From Bacillales bacterium (lineage in GTDB: Bacteria; Bacillota_I; Bacilli_A; RFN20; CAG-826): DNA of 64,000 nucleotides. The DNA is taken from positions 2,900 to 66,899 of the forward strand of contig JAEESX010000001.1 in NCBI GenBank assembly GCA_016290145.1, written 5' to 3'. The position numbers and the translations under genes are program-made. The stretch's first letter is position 1. Every line of letters starts with the position of its first letter. Below, in pieces: positions 10,516-18,927 of this stretch. The notes under the pieces are model-generated. The model was not told the origin of the DNA. It saw only the letters and a list, made by a program, of their open reading frames with translations, and made no database searches.

Positions 10516-10764
10516 TTAATTGTATTGTTTGGAAACCCTTTTTTCACGGACTACTGGAGCGATTAAACCACTTATTAACACTCCTGCATTCATAAGCACT
10601 ACGATAGCGCCTACGACCGCTGCGGCTATATAGCATCCGTAATTGCCTAGCTCATGTCCGAAGATTGCGAGTGTGACAAGCACGACTATTAACCAGAGGG
10701 AGATCACAAGATTGAATTTCTTAATAGTTGTAAGATTCATAGATTGTTGAATCCTCTCCACCAT
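10516..10764 (-). CDS. Small two-TM membrane protein of unknown function (probable start at internal MNLTT, about 10740)
   Basis: Two hydrophobic helices. Sits between rsmH and ftsA where ftsL/divIC-like genes normally lie. Overlaps the next small ORF in a different frame. Confidence 0.3.
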   Translation of the reverse strand: MVERIQQSMNLTTIKKFNLVISLWLIVVLVTLAIFGHELGNYGCYIAAAVVGAIVVLMNAGVLISGLIAPVVREKRVSKQYN

Positions 10765-10960
10765 TATCTGTCTTGTTTTGTTCTTCTTTATCCTCTTCCG
10801 CTAAGGCTGTTGTATTCTTGGCTGAGTTTTGAATAATGTAGGTTGGAACAGCAATGGCAAAAGCACCACAAACAACTGCTAATGCAACTACTGAAGCTTT
10901 CTTCATAAAGTAATAACTTGCTTTGTGATTTGTTTTAACTAATTTATCTTTCATGACCAT
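10721..10960 (-). CDS. Small single-TM membrane protein of unknown function (FtsL/DivIC position)
   Basis: 79 aa with a basic N-terminus, one TM (VVALAVVCGAFAIAV) and an acidic extracellular tail. Position directly downstream of rsmH. Confidence 0.3.
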   Translation of the reverse strand: MVMKDKLVKTNHKASYYFMKKASVVALAVVCGAFAIAVPTYIIQNSAKNTTALAEEDKEEQNKTDNGGEDSTIYESYNY

Positions 10961-10975
10961 TGCGCTTACCTCCTT

Positions 10976-11902
10976 CTACTTTCTTTCTATAATTCTCAGC
11001 TTGGCACTTATGGAACGGTGATTGATTTCTAACTCTTGCTCGTCAGCCACGATAGGCTTCCGAGTGATGAGTTGGTATTCCTTTTCTGTTACTTTGATAG
11101 GAATATCGTATCTGTTGCCTTCGCTCACTGCTGCATCTTTGAATACGTTCTTCACAATTCTATCTTCCAACGAATGGAATGTGATGACCGCTAATCGACC
11201 ACCATGTGGTCTTAAAGCTTTAAGAGCTTTATTTAATGCGATCGATAGAACGTTGAGTTCATCGTTGACCGCAATGCGAAGTGCTTGGAAACTTTGTTTT
11301 GCAGGATGTCCTGCTTTCGCTAATTCTTTCATCGGTTTGCTACGTTTGATGATTTCCACTAATTGGAACGTTGTTTCAATTGGTGCCTTCTCACGTGCTT
11401 TAACAATGTTCTTGGCGATTGAATAAGCGAATTTCTCTTCGCCATAGCCTCTTAAAATCTTAAAGATTTCATCAAGGCTATATGAATTAACGATGTCGTA
11501 AGCTGTCAAAGGATTTCTCTGATCCATTCTCATGTCGAGTCTGGCATCTTCTCTATAAGAGAATCCTCTATCTCCTTCATCGAACTGTGGTGATGAAACA
11601 CCGAGGTCCATCAAAATGCCATCGGCATATTCAATCTGATTTTCTTCCATGATTTCATCTAGGAAGGAGAAGTTTTTGTGGATGAGGGTGAAGTTATTAG
11701 AAATAGTTTCTAAATATCTTCTACTTTCCTCGATAGCTACCTCGTCTTGATCTACGCCATATAGGTGTCCTTTTTGAAGTTTCTTCAAAATCTCGCCACT
11801 ATGACCGCCTCTACCAAGAGTAAGGTCGACATATATTCCATCTGGTTTGATATTTAAACCAGTGATGGTCTCATTAAGTAATACAGGAATATGTTTTCCC
11901 AT
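10976..11902 (-). CDS. rsmH: 16S rRNA (cytosine1402-N4)-methyltransferase RsmH (MraW)
   Basis: 308 aa SAM-dependent methyltransferase: N-terminal GGHS, DLGVSS motif. Conserved mraZ-rsmH pairing. Confidence 0.9.
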   Translation of the reverse strand: MGKHIPVLLNETITGLNIKPDGIYVDLTLGRGGHSGEILKKLQKGHLYGVDQDEVAIEESRRYLETISNNFTLIHKNFSFLDEIMEENQIEYADGILMDLGVSSPQFDEGDRGFSYREDARLDMRMDQRNPLTAYDIVNSYSLDEIFKILRGYGEEKFAYSIAKNIVKAREKAPIETTFQLVEIIKRSKPMKELAKAGHPAKQSFQALRIAVNDELNVLSIALNKALKALRPHGGRLAVITFHSLEDRIVKNVFKDAAVSEGNRYDIPIKVTEKEYQLITRKPIVADEQELEINHRSISAKLRIIERK

Positions 11903-11903
11903 A

Positions 11904-12344
11904 TTAGTCGTTAGATTCTAATTCTTCTGCGTTTTCTTCGAATGAGGAATTAGAGTTTTTAGAATATTCTTCGTAGTCTTTCTTGTTCCATACTTCGATA
12001 TGGTCCCAGACACCGACGACGATGACTTCTTTTCCAATGCTATAGTTATTTAATAATTGAGTTGGGAGCAAGGCTCTGCCTTGACGATCGATCTCTAACT
12101 CGCAAACAGAAGCTAATTGTGTTCTGATGAATTCACGAGCGGATTTCTTGTTGAAAGATAAGGAGTTGATCTTTTCCATTAATTTGGCGAAGTCAGCTTC
12201 TTTATAGATAGACAAACAACCGTCGTATCCCTTGAGCATGTAGGCTTTGCCACCAAATTCCTCTCTCATTTTGCTAGGAATGACCAAACGGCCTTTATTA
12301 TCGAGATTGTGTGAATAGGAACCGTAAAACATTGTGTCTACCAC
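11904..12344 (-). CDS. mraZ: Transcriptional regulator MraZ
   Basis: 146 aa starting MFYGSYSHNLDNKGRLVIP with a duplicated MraZ domain. First gene of the division cluster. Confidence 0.9.
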   Translation of the reverse strand: MVDTMFYGSYSHNLDNKGRLVIPSKMREEFGGKAYMLKGYDGCLSIYKEADFAKLMEKINSLSFNKKSAREFIRTQLASVCELEIDRQGRALLPTQLLNNYSIGKEVIVVGVWDHIEVWNKKDYEEYSKNSNSSFEENAEELESND

Positions 12345-12418
12345 TTTCTCCCACTTTCTACCACTAGGTACCTAAATTATATGTGCAATAAGTACAAACT
12401 CGCAAGTATTTTTTAAAG

Positions 12419-12457
12419 AAAATTAAAAAGAAAAAATCCTGACATTTTCATCAGGAT
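12419..12457 (-). terminator. Rho-independent terminator downstream of yceD
   Basis: Minus-strand stem ATCCTGA(12436-12442)/TCAGGAT(12451-12457) followed by UUUUUUCUUUUU. Confidence 0.5.
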
Positions 12458-12490
12458 CCTATTAGTGATTTTACGCTACGCGTAGACATT

Positions 12491-12985
12491 TTAATCTTCG
12501 TCGAATTCGTATTCGTCCAAGATATCGAAAGCAGGGTTGCCTCTCTTCTTTTTTTCAGCTTCGTGTTCCTCTTCTGTCATGACACGATACCCATCACCAC
12601 TTTTTGGTAATTTTGCTCCCTTTTTGATGATTTTTATTGGAACATTTGCGAGTAAAATTCCAAGGACATATTGATCCATTTCGATGAGGTTATTCTTCTC
12701 GTAATAATTATCGATATCTTCAGGATCATCAGTAAAACTGATTTCATCATCAATTTCGTAGTGAAGAGGGACATCTTCTAGGGTATAAGAACACACTCCC
12801 ACAACATCCGCTTTGATGTGAAGTTGGACGAGGAGAATATCCTCATAATCCGTGGCTTTTGCTTTTACTTCACAAAACGGAATGCTTCTAATGTGAGTTG
12901 GATCAAATGTGACAGATGAAAAATCAATCGTTTCTTCAAACGTTTTGCTGATTCCGTTTTGTAATAATGCACGATTGATTTTCAT
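12491..12985 (-). CDS. YceD/DUF177 family protein (large-subunit rRNA accumulation)
   Basis: 164 aa. The acidic C-terminal end GNPAFDILDEYEFDED resembles the DUF177 terminal NPFAALKDL motif, and the size fits. No rpmF ORF lies downstream (gap is only 146 bp). Confidence 0.5.
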   Translation of the reverse strand: MKINRALLQNGISKTFEETIDFSSVTFDPTHIRSIPFCEVKAKATDYEDILLVQLHIKADVVGVCSYTLEDVPLHYEIDDEISFTDDPEDIDNYYEKNNLIEMDQYVLGILLANVPIKIIKKGAKLPKSGDGYRVMTEEEHEAEKKKRGNPAFDILDEYEFDED

Positions 12986-12990
12986 TTAAA

Positions 12991-15387
12991 TTAGCCTCTT
13001 AATTCCGCTTTAAATTGTTTGGTTAATTCGAACTTAATGCGGTTTTCAACTTCGATGATTTCCTTATCTGTTAAGGTGTGATCATCGCAAGAATATGTGA
13101 CTGAAATAGCGATAGATTTCTTGCCTTCGCCAACGTGTTCACCTTCGTAAACATCGAAGACTTGAGCTTCGCTCACAAGTGCTTTTCCAGCGAACTTAAT
13201 GGACTTAATTAAGTCTTTTGCTTCCACGGTTTTATCAACCACGAATGCTAAGTCACGAGAGACGCTTGGGAAACGAGAAATTGGTGTCATCTTGATTGTG
13301 CTGACCTTTGCGGATAATAAACTATCTAAGTTCATCTCAAGAACGACTGCGCTGGATTTACCTAAATCGTATTCTGCGATCTTATTTGGATGTAATTCAC
13401 CGAATCTACCAATGACTTGGTTTTGGAAGATAATTGTCGCAGATTTGCCTGGGTGTAATTCATCAAGGTGTTCTTTATTTCTATCAAATCTATAGCGAGA
13501 TGCTTCAACACCTAACATATCCATGATGGCTTCCACTAAGCCTTTCATATGATAGAAGTCATATGGAATGCCTTCCATTTCTTTTTGTCTAGCTTCTTTA
13601 CCAACTAAGACAATAGCTAAGTTTGTGGATTTGCTAGATTTGCTAATCATATGGGAAGTCTCGAATAAAGCGAGATTCTTGTTTTGTCTTGCGACGTTAT
13701 ATGTAGCGACTTTGAGTAAAGAATGAAGGATGTGAGTTCTGAACACCTCTCTTTCATCTGTTAATGGATTTAAGATGCTGTAATGTTCATCATTATTTAA
13801 TAAATTAAATAACTTTTCTTCTTTCTTACTGATTAAGGAATAAGTTAAACATTCATCTAAACCCTTGTCTAAGAGTAAGTAACGGATGTTCTTTAATCTG
13901 CCTTGTTCAAGAGTTAAAGCACCGACTTTAGTGTCTAAACATGGGAGTTCAGATTTAACGTTTTCAAAGCCTAATAAGCGGATTACTTCTTCGCTTAAGT
14001 CAGCATCACATGTGACATCAAGTCTCCATGATGGGACAGCAGCGACAAATGTTTTATCGCCCATGAACACTTTGAAATGTAATCTTTCTAATGTTTCTTT
14101 AATTTGTTTTGGTGTGAAGGATGTACCTAATCTACCGTTAATTCTTTCAACGGAAGATGTAATCTTCTTTTCGGCATATTCTTCAGCTTGATATGTAACG
14201 ATATCAGAGAAGGATTCACCTTCGCAGTATCTTCTAATTAAGCTTGCAGCGTAATTTAAGACATATTCCGCTTGGAAGTGATTTGTGCCCTTCACAAAAC
14301 GTGAAGAAGATTCACTGGCTAAACCTAAACGGGAAGATGTATGACGGATTGTTGCGCCATCAAATGAAGCGGATTCGATGTAGATGTTCTTTGTATTTTC
14401 ATCGACTGCGCATTCTAAACTACCCATAACACCACCTAAACACATAGGTTTCTTGTTACAGCAGATAACGATATCTCCTGGAATGACTTTGTATGTCTTT
14501 TCGTCTAATGCAACGAAGTCGCCTTCATAGTCGTCACGGGCTGTTAAGTTAGCGGATGATAATTTGTCAGCGTCATACATATGTAATGGTTGACCAGTTG
14601 TGAGCATAACATAGTTACCAATATCAACGATATTGTTAATGCTTCTCACACCCATCGCCATTAAGTATTCTTTCATCCATTTTGGAGATTCTTTAACAAC
14701 GATTTCTCTGATTTCTTTGCCAGAGAATTGTGTACATTTATCGGTTTTGCTACCCACTACTAAGTCGGTTTCAAAATCAGCTTTTTCTTTAATTTCTGGG
14801 ATTTTCACTTCGCGTTCGAAGATAGCGCCTATCTCACGTGCGACATTAAATAATGATAATAAGTCTGGTCTATTAGCTAAGACTTTGAGGTTTAAGACTT
14901 CATCATCAAGGCCTAAATAACCTAAGACATTTTCTTCACCAACTGGTGCATCTTCTGGTAATTCTTCAATACCAGCTTGTTGATATTCACTTAAATATTT
15001 AGCATCAACGCCTAATTCTAATAAGGAACAGCACATACCGTTAGATGGGACTCCACGGATGACTCCTGCCTTAATTTCTCCGCCTGGGAGTTTCGCGCCC
15101 ACACGGGCCACGATAACTTTTAAGCCGACACGGGCGTTAGGCGCGCCACACACGATTTGTTCAACACCATATTCTTTACCTAAATCGACATTTAAAACGT
15201 GAAGGTGATCACTATCTGGGTGAGCAACGCATGTTTTAATTTCACCAATGACTAAGTTTGTTCCGGAGGCGAGTTTTCTAATTTCTTCGACTTCCACACC
15301 AGCAAATGTTAGACCATTTGCGATTTCTTCTGCGGTTAAGCCTTCAAGAGAAACATATTCTTTAATATTCTTTAAACTAACTAACAT
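12991..15387 (-). CDS. pheT: Phenylalanyl-tRNA synthetase beta subunit
   Basis: 798 aa with an N-terminal tRNA-binding (EMAP) domain and B3/4 and B5 regions. Adjacent to pheS. Confidence 0.95.
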   Translation of the reverse strand: MLVSLKNIKEYVSLEGLTAEEIANGLTFAGVEVEEIRKLASGTNLVIGEIKTCVAHPDSDHLHVLNVDLGKEYGVEQIVCGAPNARVGLKVIVARVGAKLPGGEIKAGVIRGVPSNGMCCSLLELGVDAKYLSEYQQAGIEELPEDAPVGEENVLGYLGLDDEVLNLKVLANRPDLLSLFNVAREIGAIFEREVKIPEIKEKADFETDLVVGSKTDKCTQFSGKEIREIVVKESPKWMKEYLMAMGVRSINNIVDIGNYVMLTTGQPLHMYDADKLSSANLTARDDYEGDFVALDEKTYKVIPGDIVICCNKKPMCLGGVMGSLECAVDENTKNIYIESASFDGATIRHTSSRLGLASESSSRFVKGTNHFQAEYVLNYAASLIRRYCEGESFSDIVTYQAEEYAEKKITSSVERINGRLGTSFTPKQIKETLERLHFKVFMGDKTFVAAVPSWRLDVTCDADLSEEVIRLLGFENVKSELPCLDTKVGALTLEQGRLKNIRYLLLDKGLDECLTYSLISKKEEKLFNLLNNDEHYSILNPLTDEREVFRTHILHSLLKVATYNVARQNKNLALFETSHMISKSSKSTNLAIVLVGKEARQKEMEGIPYDFYHMKGLVEAIMDMLGVEASRYRFDRNKEHLDELHPGKSATIIFQNQVIGRFGELHPNKIAEYDLGKSSAVVLEMNLDSLLSAKVSTIKMTPISRFPSVSRDLAFVVDKTVEAKDLIKSIKFAGKALVSEAQVFDVYEGEHVGEGKKSIAISVTYSCDDHTLTDKEIIEVENRIKFELTKQFKAELRG

Positions 15388-15404
15388 TGTTGTATCCTCC
15401 TCTC

Positions 15405-16442
15405 TTAGCCTTTCTTTTTGAATTGATGTAAGAATCTTACATCATTGTTATAGAACTTACGGATGTCATCGATACCATAACGTAAGATGGCCACTCTTTC
15501 GATACCAATACCGAAAGCGAAACCACTGTATTGTTCTGGATCATATCCGTTCATCTTTAAAACGTTTGGATGGACCATACCGCCACCTAAGATTTCGATA
15601 TAACCAGTACCTTTACACATATTGCAGCCTTTACCACCACAGTTTGCACAGGTGATATCAACTTCAACGGAAGGTTCTGTGAATGGGAAGTAGGAGCTTC
15701 TTAAACGAATTTCTCTCTTCTCACCGAACATCTTTTTAGCAAAGAGTTCTAATGTCGCTTTTAAGTGACCAATATTGATATTCTTATCAATAACTAAGCC
15801 TTCGATTTGAGCGAATTGATGTGAGTGTGTCGCATCATCATCATCTCTACGATAGGTCTTACCTGGACAAATAATACGAACTGGTTTACCTTGGGCTTTT
15901 TCCATAGTTCTCGCTTGAACTGGGGAAGTATGGGTTCTTAATAACGTGTTCTCATCAATGTAAAAGGTATCTTGCATATCTCTAGCAGGATGATCCTTTG
16001 GGATATTTAATAATTCAAAGTTATAGTTATCGGTTTCAATTTCTGGACCATCAGCAACTTCAAAACCCATACCTAAGAAGATTTCTGTCATCTCATCTTT
16101 AACGATATGGAATGGATTTCTTGCACCGAGATTACTCTCACGGCCAGGAAGAGAAATGTCGATTGTTTCTCTTTGTAATTTTTCTTCCAAAGCTTTAGCT
16201 TTAAGAGCATTCATTCTCTCATCAATAGCGTTAGCTAAGGTTGTCTTGGTCTCATTCATTTCTTGACCAAATGTTTTCTTTTCTTCAACTGGTAATGTAG
16301 CGATGATACTTCCCATAGAAGCAAGTTCGCTTTTCTTACCTAAATAACGATTTCTGAGTTCGTTAATATCATCGAGGTTCTCAGCTTTTTCAATTTGCTT
16401 AAGACCCTCTTCTAGAATCGCTTTTATTTTTTCATTTTGCAT
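15405..16442 (-). CDS. pheS: Phenylalanyl-tRNA synthetase alpha subunit
   Basis: 345 aa class II aaRS core (FTEPSVEVD and GFAFGIGIER motifs) with a CxxC...C zinc knuckle. Confidence 0.95.
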   Translation of the reverse strand: MQNEKIKAILEEGLKQIEKAENLDDINELRNRYLGKKSELASMGSIIATLPVEEKKTFGQEMNETKTTLANAIDERMNALKAKALEEKLQRETIDISLPGRESNLGARNPFHIVKDEMTEIFLGMGFEVADGPEIETDNYNFELLNIPKDHPARDMQDTFYIDENTLLRTHTSPVQARTMEKAQGKPVRIICPGKTYRRDDDDATHSHQFAQIEGLVIDKNINIGHLKATLELFAKKMFGEKREIRLRSSYFPFTEPSVEVDITCANCGGKGCNMCKGTGYIEILGGGMVHPNVLKMNGYDPEQYSGFAFGIGIERVAILRYGIDDIRKFYNNDVRFLHQFKKKG

Positions 16443-16529
16443 AAGCGTTTCCTCCTACATCAAATTCACACGTATAACGATTATATCATAGCGTTCATAT
16501 TTTTAAATATGGAAAAACAATATCTACGG

Positions 16530-16568
16530 TATAAAAAACATTTAAAAAGCTTGAGGGCCACTCAAGCT
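16530..16568 (-). terminator. Rho-independent terminator downstream of the TrmH-family gene
   Basis: Minus-strand stem AGCTTGAG(16548-16555)/CTCAAGCT(16561-16568) overlapping the stop codon, followed by UUUUAAAUGUUUUUU. Confidence 0.45.
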
Positions 16569-17286
16569 ATCTTAGATGATCCATTAATATTCCTGTAGCA
16601 ATTGCCACATTTAATGAATCTATATTTTTAATTTCGATTTTGGTGACAATGTCTGCGGAAGCAATTATTGCTTCATCCACACCATTGGCTTCGTTTCCCA
16701 CAACCAAGATGAATGATTGAGGTTTTTTGACATCTTTAATATCCACCGCTTTCTCATTTAGTGCAGATACAATTACTTGTCTTCCTTCTCTATATTCATC
16801 TAAATCTCCATGAAGGATTGGAAGAGAGAAGATAGCGCCTTTACTTGCCGCGATGGCTTTTTCATTATAGACATCGCAACTACCTTCACTCACGATAATT
16901 GCATCGTAGTCGAATGCGAGTGCAGTTCTAATAATCGTGCCCATATTCCCTGGATCATTGATGTGATCGAGATACACTACTTTGTTTAACTTTTTGGGCT
17001 TTCTATTTACAACGTTGCACACAAAGACAATACCTTCTGGATTCTTTGTGGAACTGATCTTTTTAAGCAAGTCTTCTTTTAAAACATATTGAGTGATATC
17101 TTGAGGAACTTCTTTAATTGGTTTAACGGTAAAAATCTCTTTAACATTTCCGGCTTTTAAAGCCATATCTAAAGATTTCTTACCTTCTGAAAGGAATTCA
17201 TTATATTCTTTGCGGTATTTACTTTCCTTTAATGAAGCAGCATGTTTGAGCTTGTTATTATCTTTACTGTTAATCTCTTTAATCAT
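16567..17286 (-). CDS. TrmH/SpoU-family RNA 2'-O-methyltransferase (B. subtilis YsgA-like, upstream of pheS)
   Basis: 239 aa SPOUT fold with LVVGNEANGV and IEIKNIDSLNVAIATGI motifs. B. subtilis ysgA occupies the same position relative to pheST. Confidence 0.75.
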   Translation of the reverse strand: MIKEINSKDNNKLKHAASLKESKYRKEYNEFLSEGKKSLDMALKAGNVKEIFTVKPIKEVPQDITQYVLKEDLLKKISSTKNPEGIVFVCNVVNRKPKKLNKVVYLDHINDPGNMGTIIRTALAFDYDAIIVSEGSCDVYNEKAIAASKGAIFSLPILHGDLDEYREGRQVIVSALNEKAVDIKDVKKPQSFILVVGNEANGVDEAIIASADIVTKIEIKNIDSLNVAIATGILMDHLR

Positions 17287-17930
17287 GCAAATTCTCCTTT
17301 CCTTAATCTCTTATGAAGCGCCTTGTAATCAGGGCAATATGTATACACTACTTTATAAAACTTTTCTGAATGGTTTCGCACACTGTCATGGGCTAATTCA
17401 TGAACGATAACTGAATCAACAACATCGAGTGAATAATGCATCAAAATCGATGAATAAGTAATCGAATGTGTGCTGTAAGCATTGGATCCATATCTAGTTC
17501 TCATCTTTCTAAGACGAACCTTATATGGTTTTCTAATACCCATAATATTTTCGTAAGAACGATGTCTTTTTTCAATAACTTGTAAAAACCACTTCATGAG
17601 TTTCTTCTCTAAATCTTCGCGGTTTTTATATTTAATCGATGTCTCATCGTTAAATTTAATTTCACCACTTTCTTGTATAGGAACTTCCTTCCCAAGAATG
17701 AAGATGTGATTATCATCTGAAGCTTTAGTTCTCACATCTAAAGCGAGTAATTTATCAGCGTATTTATCTAGTCCTTCTTCAATCTGTTTTTGTGTAACAA
17801 AAAGATATGGAGCACTCACTCTAAAAATACCATCTTTATATGTGTAGCGAACACTCTTCATGTGTTTGCGGGTCACAATAAGACGATATTCTTTGTTCTT
17901 ATGTATATAAGTGAATTCTTTGCTAGACAT
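17283..17930 (-). CDS. YgjP-like metal-dependent hydrolase (DUF45 / M48-like)
   Basis: 215 aa with the C-terminal HELAH...NHS...F...PDYK motif (VIVHELAHDSVRNHSEKF...CPDYKALHKRL) diagnostic of DUF45/YgjP. 4-nt overlap with the TrmH-family gene. Confidence 0.65.
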   Translation of the reverse strand: MSSKEFTYIHKNKEYRLIVTRKHMKSVRYTYKDGIFRVSAPYLFVTQKQIEEGLDKYADKLLALDVRTKASDDNHIFILGKEVPIQESGEIKFNDETSIKYKNREDLEKKLMKWFLQVIEKRHRSYENIMGIRKPYKVRLRKMRTRYGSNAYSTHSITYSSILMHYSLDVVDSVIVHELAHDSVRNHSEKFYKVVYTYCPDYKALHKRLRKGEFA

Positions 17931-17944
17931 GGAAATATTATAAC

Positions 17945-17973
17945 TTGATTAAGTAGCGCCTGAAATATAGAAT
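17945..17973 (+). promoter_or_regulatory. Putative sigma-A promoter for the DUF523 gene (near-leaderless)
   Basis: TTGATT(17945-17950), 17-nt spacer, TAGAAT(17968-17973). The ATG lies 11 nt downstream with no clear Shine-Dalgarno. Confidence 0.3.
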
Positions 17974-17984
17974 ATTTACGGTTT

Positions 17985-18416
17985 ATGGAAAAGATTCTTA
18001 TCTCAGCATGTTTAGTTGGTGACAACACCAAGTACAATGGTAAAAACAATCTCAGCGATAAAATACCTCTCTTATTAGAGAAGTATGAACTCGTTCCATT
18101 TTGCCCTGAAATGGAAGGCGGATTAAAATCCCCAAGAAAACCAAGCGAAAGAGTAAAAGACAGAGTCAAGATGAGTGATGGCAAAGATGTCACCAAGAAT
18201 TTTGAAGCTGGTGCAGAACTCGCATTAAACATCTGCTTATATTTAGGAATCAAGATTGCTATCTTAAAAGAAAATTCCCCATCATGTGGTACACATAAAA
18301 TCTATGATGGTACATTCTCAGGTAAACTCGTAAATGGTATGGGCGTTACTGCAGAGTTATTAAAAAGAAAAGGTATCACCGTCCTCTCCGAAGAGGAAAT
18401 TGATACCCTACTTTAA
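17985..18416 (+). CDS. DUF523 protein, TudS-like (2-thiouracil desulfurase family, 4Fe-4S)
   Basis: 143 aa. Cysteines at C9 (ISACLVG), C40 (FCPE) and C101 (SPSCG) match the DUF523/TudS cluster ligands. Confidence 0.5.
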   Translation: MEKILISACLVGDNTKYNGKNNLSDKIPLLLEKYELVPFCPEMEGGLKSPRKPSERVKDRVKMSDGKDVTKNFEAGAELALNICLYLGIKIAILKENSPSCGTHKIYDGTFSGKLVNGMGVTAELLKRKGITVLSEEEIDTLL

Positions 18417-18431
18417 TCTAAATATTTCTAA

Positions 18432-18926
18432 TTAGTAATTTGTTTCTTGGCGGTTGTAATTGACGCCAAGTTTTTTATAATATGCTTTTTCAAGTTTCTT
18501 CCAACGATAACCGAGCAATGGAAGAAGATTTAAGAATGCTTGGAATGCTTTAATGAAGCTTGCATCATCTTGCTTTTTCTTAAAAACATCTAAACGATGA
18601 TAAATCTCTAAGAATTGATCGGTTAAGTTATCTTCATGTTTGGTGAGATTATAACTTCTTTTAGAAGTTTTAATATCCACACCAAGAGATAGGAAGAAAT
18701 GCAAACCATCAGCGTATTCATCAAGAACGATTTCTTCTGCTTCTGGGCCTTTGTTAGACCAGTATTTGAAGCATCTTGTGGCGTTTGCTAATTCACCGAT
18801 TTCCACGATGCACGCCATTAAACGTCTATGCCTTGTTGTGGCGTAACTAATGCCGTGGTTCTTAGCGATTGTGGCGTCTAATTGTTCTTGTGCTTTAAAT
18901 AATTCATCAAGGATAATCTTCGCCAT
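18432..18926 (-). CDS. Dimeric dUTPase-like all-alpha NTP pyrophosphatase (start probably internal MAKIIL, 1 nt after the glgP stop)
   Basis: The listed ORF runs to 19001, but an in-frame ATG at 18926 follows the glgP TAA. DEYADGLHFFLSLG resembles the dUTPase_2 family core. The assignment rests on motif recollection. Confidence 0.4.
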   Translation of the reverse strand: MAKIILDELFKAQEQLDATIAKNHGISYATTRHRRLMACIVEIGELANATRCFKYWSNKGPEAEEIVLDEYADGLHFFLSLGVDIKTSKRSYNLTKHEDNLTDQFLEIYHRLDVFKKKQDDASFIKAFQAFLNLLPLLGYRWKKLEKAYYKKLGVNYNRQETNY

Positions 18927-18927
18927 A

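Noticed and set aside
12345-12490. Possible rpmF (L32) gene downstream of yceD, as in many Firmicutes.
   Set aside because: The gap is only 146 bp and is occupied by a terminator hairpin. No approximately 57-aa Cys-containing ORF is present.
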